A stretch of DNA of 64,000 bases from Deltaproteobacteria bacterium (lineage in GTDB: Bacteria > Desulfobacterota > Dissulfuribacteria > Dissulfuribacterales > QOAL01), in NCBI GenBank assembly GCA_015493475.1, contig WGDC01000026.1:19116-83115 (forward strand), given 5' to 3'. Below, one piece after another: positions 17,172 through 26,647 of the stretch. How positions within the stretch are numbered: position 1 is the stretch's first letter; the number at the start of each line of letters is the position of its first letter. The notes beneath the pieces are model-generated. The model saw nothing but the letters and a program-made list of their open reading frames with translations. It searched no databases and had not been told where the DNA came from. Both the position numbers and the translations under genes were made by a program.

Positions 17172-18154
17172 TGTTTCCGGAGTACAGGCCAAGAAGGCTC
17201 AGACAGAACGACCGATTCCGTGCGCTTGTTAGGGAACATTGCGTATCATCACAGCACCTCATGTATCCCCTGTTCGCGGTTCCGGGTAGGAATGTTAAAG
17301 AGCCAATTGCATCAATGCCCGGTGTTCACCAGATGTCCATTGATTATATAGTTGAAGAGGCCAAGGAGGTTTACGATCTCGGCCTGCCAGCCATCTTGCT
17401 GTTCGGCATTCCCGAAAAAAAGGACTCCAAGGGCTCACATGCCTGGATAAAGTCGGGAATCGTCCAGAAGGCCGTTGAGGCAGTAAAAAAGGCGGTACCA
17501 GACCTTCTCGTGGTTACAGACGTCTGTCTCTGCGAATACACCTCCCATGGTCACTGCGGCGTTGTGGTCAAGGAGAAGAAGGGGGTCTTTCGCATCGATA
17601 ACGACGCCACTCTGGGGCTTTTACAGAAGGCGGCCCTTTCCCATGCCAGGGCAGGTGCGGATATGCTTGCACCCTCGGACATGATGGACGGAAGGGTAGG
17701 TGCCATCAGGGAGGTCCTGGACGATAACGGCTTTGACCACGTTCCAATCATGTCCTATGCGGTAAAATACGCATCGAGTTTTTATGGTCCCTTCAGAGAT
17801 GCAGCAGAGTGTGCTCCGCAGTTTGGGGACAGGCGTTCCTACCAAATGGACATTTCAAACAGCCGAGAGGCATTCAGGGAGGCCACCCTCGACATGGAAG
17901 AAGGGGCAGACATCCTAATGGTGAAGCCGGGCATGCCCTATCTTGACATAATCAGGATGCTTCGCCAGGAGTTTGCCCTGCCGATTGCAGCATACCAGGT
18001 CAGTGGTGAATACTCCATGATAAAGGCAGCGGTCCAGAACGGTTGGCTCAACGAGAACCTCGTGGTTCAGGAATCGCTCACGGCCTTCCGTAGGGCTGGA
18101 GCCGATATCATAATCACCTATTTTGCAAAGGATTTTGCACGGGCCTCCTTCTAA
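17168..18154 (+). CDS. hemB: porphobilinogen synthase (delta-aminolevulinate dehydratase), Zn-type
   Basis: MMFPEYRPRRLRQNDRFR N-terminus. Cys-rich Zn site DVCLCEYTSHGHCG. The ATG overlaps the upstream stop (ATGA). Confidence 0.93.
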   Translation: MMFPEYRPRRLRQNDRFRALVREHCVSSQHLMYPLFAVPGRNVKEPIASMPGVHQMSIDYIVEEAKEVYDLGLPAILLFGIPEKKDSKGSHAWIKSGIVQKAVEAVKKAVPDLLVVTDVCLCEYTSHGHCGVVVKEKKGVFRIDNDATLGLLQKAALSHARAGADMLAPSDMMDGRVGAIREVLDDNGFDHVPIMSYAVKYASSFYGPFRDAAECAPQFGDRRSYQMDISNSREAFREATLDMEEGADILMVKPGMPYLDIIRMLRQEFALPIAAYQVSGEYSMIKAAVQNGWLNENLVVQESLTAFRRAGADIIITYFAKDFARASF

Positions 18155-18155
18155 G

Positions 18156-19391
18156 GTGTCCGTCTGGCCAAGGGGAGTTTCAAGCTTCAGGCATAAAGGC
18201 TACCGGGTCTTCCTTATGGGGCAGGCCCTTGCACTTCTTGGTACGTGGGTTCAAGGCACAGCCCAGAGGTGGCTCGTTCTCGAATTGACCGGAGATCCCT
18301 TCCATGTTGGGCTTCTCGGTGCTGTTGCCGGGCTTCCCCTGCTTTTTTTCTCCCTTGCAGGTGGCGTCCTTGCAGACAGGCTGCCAAAGGTTTCCTTCCT
18401 GGTATTCATTCAGACCCTGATAATGGTTCAGGCACTGGCATTCGGGATACTTATCCACCTTGGCATGATATCCTTTTCCGTCATACTTTTTCTTGCCCTG
18501 GTTCTCGGAACCGGCATGGCCTTCGAGGTGCCTGCAAGGCAGTCCTTGATCTACGACTTGGTGGGTAGAGAAGACATCACTAACGGAATAGCCGTGCATT
18601 CAGTAGCCTTCAACCTTGCGAGGTTCGGCGGGCCTGCACTGGCTGGTTTCCTTATGCAGGCCGGATTTATGTCAGAATGTTTCTATTTCAAGGCGGCGTC
18701 TGCAGTAGCCGTTATATCGGTCCTCTTCTTTGTTAGAAGAAGGTATCCAGGAACCAACCGTCCCCTGAAGAAGCGGCGGAGATCCCCCTGCTCAGATATC
18801 AGCGAGGTATTGTCTTTCATCAGGACTAAACCGCTTCTCTTGATGATCCTTATTAACATAACGGGCTTCGGAATACTTCTTCTGCCCTATTCAATCCTTC
18901 TTCCTTCCCTAGGAAGGGACGTTCTTGGTCTCAACGCCAAGTACTACGGGCTCATGTGCGCTGCTAACGGACTCGGTGCACTGCTGGGAGCTGGTTTTGT
19001 GGCCCAGTTCGGGCATATGAAAAACAGGATGAAATGGTGGCGGTTCGGCGCGGTCCTCTTTCCCGCATCAATAACGGCAGTGGCCTTGAGCAGGACCTTC
19101 GCCGAAGCCTGTTCCATATTGTTCGTGAGCGGTTTCGTAATGGTCATCTGTTCCACGAGTGCCATCAGTCTCCTCCAAATTTACTCGGTCAACGAGCTGA
19201 GGGGCAGGATAATGGGACTTTTCACCACCTCTTTTATGGGCCTTTTCCCATTCGGGAGCCTTCTTCAGGGAAAGCTCGCATCTGTTTTCGGCGTACGCCT
19301 AACCATTTTTTTCTGCGGACTTTCCGCCTTGATCCTAAGCCTTGCCCTGCTGCTTGCAACAAGAAAGAGGTTTGCCGGTCCCGCCGTATAA
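18156..19391 (+). CDS. MFS transporter (EntS/MFS_3-like)
   Basis: About 12 hydrophobic segments. N-terminal FRHKGYRVFLMGQALALLGTW motif. The start is uncertain (GTG 18156; the track TTG at 18123 overlaps hemB). Confidence 0.75.
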   Translation: MSVWPRGVSSFRHKGYRVFLMGQALALLGTWVQGTAQRWLVLELTGDPFHVGLLGAVAGLPLLFFSLAGGVLADRLPKVSFLVFIQTLIMVQALAFGILIHLGMISFSVILFLALVLGTGMAFEVPARQSLIYDLVGREDITNGIAVHSVAFNLARFGGPALAGFLMQAGFMSECFYFKAASAVAVISVLFFVRRRYPGTNRPLKKRRRSPCSDISEVLSFIRTKPLLLMILINITGFGILLLPYSILLPSLGRDVLGLNAKYYGLMCAANGLGALLGAGFVAQFGHMKNRMKWWRFGAVLFPASITAVALSRTFAEACSILFVSGFVMVICSTSAISLLQIYSVNELRGRIMGLFTTSFMGLFPFGSLLQGKLASVFGVRLTIFFCGLSALILSLALLLATRKRFAGPAV

Positions 19392-19748
19392 GTGCCTTTT
19401 TGAAGGCGTTGCTAAGGCGTTGGCCTTGTCCCGCCGCCTGGCCCCCGTCCCCCTGTGCCTTCCTATGAGCATCCTTGCCTGTCTTGAGAACTTTTGCGAA
19501 AAAAGGAGATACCTTGCCCGCTCCCTTGGCGTAAAGACCTGTTTCAGGCCTTCAAGTTCTCTTTTGGGAATACGCGCAAGCTGCACGTTCAGTTGGGTGA
19601 TTTTTCTTGTAAGCGTATCAAGTTCATCCATAGGCATTGATCCTGTCTCAAGGGCATCTTTCAGCTTTGAAAGGAGTCTCCTGCGTTTCAGGATTAGCTG
19701 TTGTCTTTCATCGTCATATACTCCTTGCCATGATGATGTTTTTACCAA
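19335..19748 (-). CDS. Spy/CpxP (LTXXQ)-like fragment without signal peptide; possibly a decayed gene
   Basis: Helical repeats with an FTPRERARYLLFSQKF-type motif. No signal peptide. The Arg/Gly-rich tail overlaps the convergent MFS 3' end by 57 nt. Confidence 0.3.
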   Translation of the reverse strand: MVKTSSWQGVYDDERQQLILKRRRLLSKLKDALETGSMPMDELDTLTRKITQLNVQLARIPKRELEGLKQVFTPRERARYLLFSQKFSRQARMLIGRHRGTGARRRDKANALATPSKRHLYGGTGKPLSCCKQQGKA

Positions 19749-19775
19749 AAATTTCCCGAATTTTTTTTAACCATT

Positions 19776-20006
19776 TTAATCCGCCTTCCCTCCTTTCATA
19801 TCAAGGAGCCTTGCTATCTCTTTGAAAGAATGGCCACGCAGCAGTCTGAGGCTGACCACTTCATGCTGACGCTGGGGAAGGGCTGTAAGCGCCTCCCTGA
19901 TTAGTTGCTTTATTTCCACAGAGATGACCTTTTTAAGGCCCACCTTCCCAATTCTTGTTTCATCCACTAAAAGAGACACAAAAAACGCGCCAGGCGCAGA
20001 TGGCAA
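19776..20006 (-). pseudogene. remnant of an ECF-type sigma factor (region 4 only, truncated at both ends)
   Basis: ALTALPQRQHEVVSLRLLRGHSFKEIARLLDMKGG matches sigma70 region 4.2 but stops inside the recognition helix. Regions 2 and 3 are absent because the ABC-2 permease gene begins 15 nt upstream. Confidence 0.45.
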
Positions 20007-20020
20007 CCCGCGACCGTTTT

Positions 20021-21130
20021 CTAATAAAGCCTTCTTTTGAAGAGAAACCCAGCAATAGCGAGGGTGACTATTCCTATGATCGCCATTGGAACATACTGGG
20101 TCCAGAGCAATTCAAAGCCTGCCCCCTGGAGAAATACGGATCTTACGATAACGAGGATGTACCTCATGGGATTTAGCAGGGTAAAGTCCTGAACGAGCTT
20201 GGGCATGTTGGCAATGGGAGTTGCAAAACCGGAAAGGACCACGGCAGGCACTAGAAACATGAAGGCACCCATGAGCCCCTGCTGCTGGGTAAGGGAGATG
20301 GAGGATATCATGAGGCCTATGCCAATGGCGGACAACAGAAAGGTAAAGAGCCCTGAGTAGAGTACCAGGAGACTGCCCCTTAAGGGGATGTCAAACCAGA
20401 AACAGGTTACGAATATGATGAAACTTCCCTCTATTAGACCTATTATGAGCCCTGGAAGGGATTTCCCCACAAGTATCTCAAAGGGGGTCATGGGGGTGAC
20501 AAGGAGCTGGTCAAAGGTACCGGCCTCCCTTTCCTTGGCAACAGAAAGGGCCGTGACCTCCAGGGTGACCACTATGGTCAAAAGGGCCACTATACCGGGG
20601 ATTATGAACCAGTGAGAATCAAGCATCCGGTTGAACCATGAACGGACCACCAGCCTTGCAGGAGGCCGGCCCCTGCCGTTTTCAGCCGCCCAGGCCTTGT
20701 TGAAGTCTGCGATTATGGTATGAACGTAGTTCAGGGCAAGAAGGGCGGTGTTGGAGTTTCTTCCGTCAAGAATTACCTGCAGGTTACCTGAGCCGCCCCT
20801 CAAGATGTCCCTTGAAAAATCCCTGTGAAAGTGAAGGACTATCAAGGCCTTTTTTAGGTTTATCACCGGGGCTATCTGGCCGTCAGACTCCATGGTCCCT
20901 ATGATCTTGAAAACCCTTGAGCCTCGAAACCTTGCGATCACGTCCCTTGAGATCTGCCCCTGGTCCTCGTTGTATATGGCAACGGGAACGTCTTTCAGGT
21001 CAAAGGTAGCAGCATAGCCAAAGACTATGATCTGGGCAATGGGCGGGAGAATAAGCACCATGCGGCTTTTTTTGTTCTTAAGTATCCCAATGAATTCTTT
21101 GATGGTAAGTGCAAGGATTCTTCTTAGCAA
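20021..21130 (-). CDS. ABC-2 type transporter permease (YbhS/YbhR-like)
   Basis: N-terminal TM, large periplasmic loop and a C-terminal 5-TM ABC-2 domain. Part of the exporter operon. Confidence 0.85.
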   Translation of the reverse strand: MLRRILALTIKEFIGILKNKKSRMVLILPPIAQIIVFGYAATFDLKDVPVAIYNEDQGQISRDVIARFRGSRVFKIIGTMESDGQIAPVINLKKALIVLHFHRDFSRDILRGGSGNLQVILDGRNSNTALLALNYVHTIIADFNKAWAAENGRGRPPARLVVRSWFNRMLDSHWFIIPGIVALLTIVVTLEVTALSVAKEREAGTFDQLLVTPMTPFEILVGKSLPGLIIGLIEGSFIIFVTCFWFDIPLRGSLLVLYSGLFTFLLSAIGIGLMISSISLTQQQGLMGAFMFLVPAVVLSGFATPIANMPKLVQDFTLLNPMRYILVIVRSVFLQGAGFELLWTQYVPMAIIGIVTLAIAGFLFKRRLY

Positions 21131-21148
21131 GGTGCCTCCTGCATGGTT

Positions 21149-22291
21149 TTAAACAAGCCTCTTGTGTGATTTTTTCCTTATTATCCTGAAAAACACCAGT
21201 GCCATGCCTGCAAGCCACAAACAGTTCACTATGTAAATGGGCCAGATGTTGCCTGCAAGGAACAGGCTCTGGAGAATGCTTACGAAATATCTTGCCGCAA
21301 CAATATGGGTTATTATCTGAATGGGGTAGGGCATGGAATTTATGTCAAATACAAAGCCTGAAAGCATGAATGCAGGAAGAAAGGTGATTACTATTGCTAT
21401 CTGGCCTGCAACGAACTGGCTTCCAGCAGCCGTTGATATAATGAGCCCAAGGGCAATGGCAGTAAGCATAAAGAGGGACGAGGCAAAGCCAAGGGCAAGG
21501 TAGGAGCCTCTAAAGGGGACGTGAAACACCACGATGGCGATGAAGACGGAAAGAACCATGCCGCCCATTCCAAGAAAGAAGTATGGTATCACCTTTCCCA
21601 GGATTATTTCCTTGACCCTTACAGGGGTAACGAGAAGGGCCTCCATGGTGCCGCGCTCCCACTCCCTGGCAACCACCATGGAGGTAAGCATCCCGCCTAT
21701 AAGTGTCATGATTACGGCTATAAGGCCAGGAACGAGGAAGTTTCTGCTTCTTACTGCGGAGTTGAACCAAATCCGGTGTTTCACCCTGATGGGCACCTTT
21801 AGGGCAAGGCCATGGCTTCGAGCATAGGATACGAGCCATTTCATCCACACCCCTGTGATGTAGCCCTCAACTATCCTTGCCTGGTTTGCATCCACCCCGT
21901 TTACAATGACGCCTATGGGGGCCTCAGAACTTGAAAGCAAGGTCCTTGCAAAGTCGCTTCTCGTCCAGACAATTCCCATTATCTTTCTTTCAATAAGGGC
22001 CTTTTCCGCCTCCTGGACCGAATGGTATAAGATCGGCTCAAAGTACTCAGAGTCCTGGAATCCTGCCATGAACCCGTTTGCCTCAGGCCCTGGATGCTCA
22101 ACCACAAGCCCCAAGGGGACGTGTTCTGCATCAAGGGATACGCCGTAGCCGAAAATAATAAGCAGTATGACGGGCAGAAAAAAGGCAATACCGATGCTGG
22201 ACGGGTCTCTTATTATCTGCTTGACTTCCTTTCTTATGAGGCCTTTAAGACGCATCATAGAAAGGCTGCTTTCGTTTCGTAAAGAAGTCAT
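21149..22291 (-). CDS. ABC-2 type transporter permease (YbhS/YbhR-like)
   Basis: Paralogue of the downstream permease with the same topology. The start may be the internal MMRLKG. Confidence 0.85.
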   Translation of the reverse strand: MTSLRNESSLSMMRLKGLIRKEVKQIIRDPSSIGIAFFLPVILLIIFGYGVSLDAEHVPLGLVVEHPGPEANGFMAGFQDSEYFEPILYHSVQEAEKALIERKIMGIVWTRSDFARTLLSSSEAPIGVIVNGVDANQARIVEGYITGVWMKWLVSYARSHGLALKVPIRVKHRIWFNSAVRSRNFLVPGLIAVIMTLIGGMLTSMVVAREWERGTMEALLVTPVRVKEIILGKVIPYFFLGMGGMVLSVFIAIVVFHVPFRGSYLALGFASSLFMLTAIALGLIISTAAGSQFVAGQIAIVITFLPAFMLSGFVFDINSMPYPIQIITHIVAARYFVSILQSLFLAGNIWPIYIVNCLWLAGMALVFFRIIRKKSHKRLV

Positions 22292-22292
22292 T

Positions 22293-24062
22293 TTAGGCGG
22301 CCTCCTTCATCTCTATAAGGGTAATGAAGGTGTCCTCCATTGTGGGGTTGGTAACACCAGGAGGATGGTACCTTGACTTTAACTCCTCTGGGGTACCCTT
22401 TGCCAGGATGCGTCCGCGCTTCATTATGACCACCCTGTCGCAGTATTCTGCCTCTTCCATGAAGTGCGTTGTCACCATTATAGTGACACCTGCATCTGCC
22501 AGGGAGTTTATGTGGGCCCAGAACTGCCTGCGCGCCAAGGGGTCAACCCCGGAAGTGGGCTCATCAAGAAAGATTATGTCAGGTTCGTGCATGAGGGCTG
22601 CCGCAAGGGCAAGCCTTTGCTTGAAGCCCAAGGGAAGATCGCGGCTTATGCTGTTTTCCTCTTCCTTTAAGTCAAAGGCATCAAGTGCCCACTGGACACG
22701 TTCTCTCTGCCTTTTGCCATAAAGGCCGTAGGCGCTCGAGAAGAAGTTGAGGTTCTGGATTACGGTCAGATCCTCGTAGAGAGAGAACTTCTGGGCCATG
22801 TATCCGATGCGCTCCCTGGCCTCGGCCCTTGCCTCCCTGAGATTTTTTCCAGCCACGTAAAGCTCACCTTCAGAGGCTGGGAGAAGCCCGCACAGCATCC
22901 TGAAGGTGGTTGTCTTTCCTGCTCCGTTTGCACCCAAAAGGCCAAATACTTCCCCCCTTTTTACAGTAAAGGTTATTCCGTTTACTGCGTAGAAGTCTCC
23001 GAAACGCCTCTTGAGGTTTTTTACCACAATGACCTCGTCTTCTGGGCTGCCGGCCACCCTCTTGTGGGTGATGATTTTGAATTTTACGCTTCTTCCCAGG
23101 CTTACCAGCCTCTTCTTCAAACGGTAAATGAAGGCGTCTTCAAAACGGGGCTCAGACCCTTCAATTTCAATGTCCTCTGAAAGGTCAAAGGTCTTTCTTA
23201 CGTCCTGTGGCCCCATTTCATCCATTGTCACAAGGCGGATTTTCTCTCCAAGGATAAGCGCGTCTATGACCTCGTCCCTGTTGGCAAGCTCCCTTTGGAT
23301 ATGCCTTTTCTTTTCCCTGGGCCCCTTGAGCATGAAGCAGTGACCGGAAAGGGGCCTGCTGAAACTTGATGGCACTCCCTGGCCAAGCACATGGCCCTCG
23401 TGCATCAAGATGACCTCCTGGCACCTTTCCGCCTCGTCAAGGTATGCAGTGCTCAAAAGAACGCTCATTCCCTGCTCCTTGACCTGGGAGTAGACGATTT
23501 GCCAAAGCTCCCTTCTCGACACAGGGTCCACACCCACTGTGGGCTCATCAAGGATGAGAAGCCTTGGGGGCTTAATGAGTGTGCAGGCAAGCCCAAGCTT
23601 CTGTTTCATGCCTCCAGAGAGCCTACCGGCAAGCCTTCCCGTAAATGGGGCAAGGCCAGTCATTTTCATGAGGATGTCGTATCTCGCCTGTCTCTTGTCA
23701 GGGGGGACGCCTAGAAGGTCCGAATAGAGATCCAGGTTCTCCTGGACGGTAAGGTCCTCATACAGGCCAAACCTCTGGGGCATGTAGCGGATGTTGGCCT
23801 GTACGTCCAGAAAGTCAGAGGTTACATCAAAACCAAGGACCTCGAGGCTTCCTGCATCCGGTACGTGAAGTCCTGAGCAAAGCCTCATGAACGTGGTCTT
23901 TCCAGCCCCGTCTGGGCCAATGAGCCCTGTAACAATGCCGGATTTCACATTGAATGAACAGTCGTCAAGGGCAACAATGGTCTTTTTGCCAGAGATGAAG
24001 TGTTTTCTGACGCCAGAGGCAACTATGCAGAAATCGTCTTGCCTTGGCTGGGAGTGGGCCAT
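22293..24062 (-). CDS. ABC transporter ATP-binding protein with two fused NBDs (YbhF-like)
   Basis: Two Walker A motifs (GPDGAGKTT, GANGAGKTT). Two signatures (LSGGMKQK, LPLGFKQR). Two Walker B motifs (LLILDEPT, IIFLDEPT). Confidence 0.92.
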   Translation of the reverse strand: MAHSQPRQDDFCIVASGVRKHFISGKKTIVALDDCSFNVKSGIVTGLIGPDGAGKTTFMRLCSGLHVPDAGSLEVLGFDVTSDFLDVQANIRYMPQRFGLYEDLTVQENLDLYSDLLGVPPDKRQARYDILMKMTGLAPFTGRLAGRLSGGMKQKLGLACTLIKPPRLLILDEPTVGVDPVSRRELWQIVYSQVKEQGMSVLLSTAYLDEAERCQEVILMHEGHVLGQGVPSSFSRPLSGHCFMLKGPREKKRHIQRELANRDEVIDALILGEKIRLVTMDEMGPQDVRKTFDLSEDIEIEGSEPRFEDAFIYRLKKRLVSLGRSVKFKIITHKRVAGSPEDEVIVVKNLKRRFGDFYAVNGITFTVKRGEVFGLLGANGAGKTTTFRMLCGLLPASEGELYVAGKNLREARAEARERIGYMAQKFSLYEDLTVIQNLNFFSSAYGLYGKRQRERVQWALDAFDLKEEENSISRDLPLGFKQRLALAAALMHEPDIIFLDEPTSGVDPLARRQFWAHINSLADAGVTIMVTTHFMEEAEYCDRVVIMKRGRILAKGTPEELKSRYHPPGVTNPTMEDTFITLIEMKEAA

Positions 24063-24070
24063 GACCTTGC

Positions 24071-25126
24071 CTACTGGTTTTCTTTGGCTTCTTTGCAGAT
24101 TTCAGATGGTCTTATTGGCCCTTTAAGTTTCTCACCGGTTAGATCCACCTTGACCGTTGCGGGCATTCCAAGCCTTAGCTTGTTCTGTGCATTGCACACA
24201 TAGACCCGCACCTGGTAAACGAGCCTTGTTCTAAGATCCGGGGTTTCCACGTTTCTGGGCGTGAATTCCGCGGTAGGGGAAATGTATCCTATCCATCCCT
24301 TGAATGTTTCATCCGGGTAGCTGTCAACGGTAACGGTGGCCCTCATCCCAAGGGCTATCTTTCCAAGCTCAGGCTCTGGCACGTAGGCCCGTACCCAAAG
24401 GGGGTCGGTAAGGGCAAGGGTAAAGACAGGCCTTTCAGGAAAGGCCATGTCACCTGGCTCAAGTATCCTGTCGCGGATTATGCCTATTGCTGGTGCATAT
24501 AGCCTTGAATCCTTGAGCTTTTCACGGGCAAGCTTAAGGGCATTTTTTAGAGATCCAAGCCGTGCCTCTGCAGCCCTTATGTCTTCTACGCGAGGTCCTT
24601 CAAGGGCTAAGGAGTATATCTGTTTTGCCTCCTTAAGGGCCGCACGGGCCATGTCGAGCCGGGCCCGGGCATCGTCCAACTGCTGCCTTGAGACGTATTT
24701 GGTTTTTGAAAGCTCCTTTAGCCTCTTGAAGGTTATAAGGGCGTCTTTAACCGCGGCCTCTTCCTTCATGACCTTTGCATGGGCAGCCTTTATCTCCTGG
24801 GGCCGGGAGCCGTTGTGCATTCTGGTGACAACCTGTTCCTGGGCGGCAACGTCCTTTTCGAGCTTGCCTACGGTCGCCTTTAACCTGCTATCATCAAGGA
24901 TCCCCAAAAGATCCCCTGCCTTAACAGTGGCTCCCTCATCCACGAGGAGTTTTTGGATTCGTCCCTCGTCGTAAAAAGCAAGCTGCACCTGCCTGATATC
25001 TATGTTGCCGTATATGGTAAGGACGCCGCTATTACCCCCGTTTTCTTCCCGCTGGTATAAGCGGTAAGCAAGCACTGCCAGCAAAACGACCACTATCAGA
25101 ATTGCAATTCTCTTCTTCTTAGCCAT
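24071..25126 (-). CDS. HlyD-family membrane fusion protein (YbhG-like)
   Basis: N-terminal TM anchor, coiled-coil hairpin and barrel-sandwich motifs. Overlaps the TolC-like gene by 8 nt. Confidence 0.88.
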   Translation of the reverse strand: MAKKKRIAILIVVVLLAVLAYRLYQREENGGNSGVLTIYGNIDIRQVQLAFYDEGRIQKLLVDEGATVKAGDLLGILDDSRLKATVGKLEKDVAAQEQVVTRMHNGSRPQEIKAAHAKVMKEEAAVKDALITFKRLKELSKTKYVSRQQLDDARARLDMARAALKEAKQIYSLALEGPRVEDIRAAEARLGSLKNALKLAREKLKDSRLYAPAIGIIRDRILEPGDMAFPERPVFTLALTDPLWVRAYVPEPELGKIALGMRATVTVDSYPDETFKGWIGYISPTAEFTPRNVETPDLRTRLVYQVRVYVCNAQNKLRLGMPATVKVDLTGEKLKGPIRPSEICKEAKENQ

Positions 25127-26483
25127 TTTTTGAATCCTTCTCCTCTGGCTGCTTTTGTAACAAACCCTCCAGGGACCTCAGATCTGCCTCCCCAATGGTC
25201 CCGGAAGCGCTCTTTAGCAGAATCCTAGCCTTTAGATGGTTATAAAGGGCATGGAAGTACTGCTTCTTCCTGAATATGTATTTGTCCGTCTGGTCAAGGA
25301 CATCTATTACATCCCTGGTTCCCACCTCGTAACCCTTATTGGTGGCATCCATGGAGACCTTGGCGGATTCAAGAGCAAGGGCTGCGGCATCCACAAGGGC
25401 CACGCTGTCCTTGAGCGTGGAGAAGGCGTTTTTCGTCTGAAGGGTCACAATGTCCCTGAAATGGTTAAGCCTGTGTCTTGCAGCCACCGCCTCTGCCTGT
25501 GCCTTTTCAACCTTTGCTCCTATTGAGCCGCCAAGGTAGAGCGGAAACGTGAACTTAAATACTCCGTGGGCCTCCCGGTAAATAACATCAGGGAGGAACT
25601 GTCCATTGGCGTAGTCGGCAGCCGCCTCGAGGTCTATCCTTGGCCACCTGGCCCTTTTTTCATGTTCCACCTTCTGGGTTGCAAGAAGTAGTCTCTTGCT
25701 CGCCTCTTTGAGGATGGGCTGGTTGTCAAGGGCCGCTTCTATCCATTTTTGGGGATCATCAGGGTCTGGTGGAACGGGGGTAATTTTTCGCACGTCAAGG
25801 ATGTCTCCCACCTGGGAGTGGGTGACGATGGAAAGGTTCGTTTTTTTGACAGAAACGAGGTTCTTGGCACGGATTACCGCCGCCTTTGCCGAATCAAGGC
25901 GGGCCTCAGCCTCCTTGACAGAGACTATGTCTCCTGTTCCCACCTTGAGGAAGGTCCTGGCCCTATCAAGGACCTTCCTGTCAAGCCTCACCCTGTCCTT
26001 AGAAGCCTTTAGCCGCGCCTCTGCATCCAGGAGATCAAGGTAGGCAACGGCCACCCTCCTGATTAACTCCTGTTTTGCAAAAAGGAGTTGTGCCTCTTGG
26101 GCGCTAATAATGCTTTGCGCCATTTTGAGGCTGATATAGGCCTGTCCGTTAAATATTGGCTGGATAAGCCTCGCACCGTAGTTGTCACCCCAGTAGTCCT
26201 TCCTGACGTCCCTTGGCCCTACGCCCGATATGTTCTTGTCGTAGTATCCCTGGCCCATGGAGGCCTCGAGATGCGGCATGAGCTGGGAACGTGCAAGGGG
26301 TTTTTCAGTAAAAGATGCCTTGAGCTTTGCCTCAGCCTCAAGAACGAGTGGATCTTTCTTGACCGCCTTGTTATAGAGGCTCAATACAGAGTCATATCCG
26401 TAACAGGCCTTAACTGTAAGGAGCGAGGCAAGAAAAAAAATAAGGGTTGTTATGTAAGCGGATGATTGATACTTAGGTTTCAT
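25119..26483 (-). CDS. TolC-family outer-membrane efflux protein
   Basis: Signal peptide and duplicated alpha-helical/beta-barrel repeat typical of TolC. First gene of the exporter operon. Confidence 0.88.
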   Translation of the reverse strand: MKPKYQSSAYITTLIFFLASLLTVKACYGYDSVLSLYNKAVKKDPLVLEAEAKLKASFTEKPLARSQLMPHLEASMGQGYYDKNISGVGPRDVRKDYWGDNYGARLIQPIFNGQAYISLKMAQSIISAQEAQLLFAKQELIRRVAVAYLDLLDAEARLKASKDRVRLDRKVLDRARTFLKVGTGDIVSVKEAEARLDSAKAAVIRAKNLVSVKKTNLSIVTHSQVGDILDVRKITPVPPDPDDPQKWIEAALDNQPILKEASKRLLLATQKVEHEKRARWPRIDLEAAADYANGQFLPDVIYREAHGVFKFTFPLYLGGSIGAKVEKAQAEAVAARHRLNHFRDIVTLQTKNAFSTLKDSVALVDAAALALESAKVSMDATNKGYEVGTRDVIDVLDQTDKYIFRKKQYFHALYNHLKARILLKSASGTIGEADLRSLEGLLQKQPEEKDSKNG

Positions 26484-26647
26484 ATGCCCTTTAATAAGCC
26501 TAATAAAATATTAACGAAACCAATTAAATTTAATAAACTACCTCAACAAAGAAAAAGAAAAATCAACAGCCGGGCAACTTCAAAACAAATCCTTTTTATG
26601 ATAGGTATCTAAAGATAAAAAATCAAGACTTTTAAAACAAAAATAGG

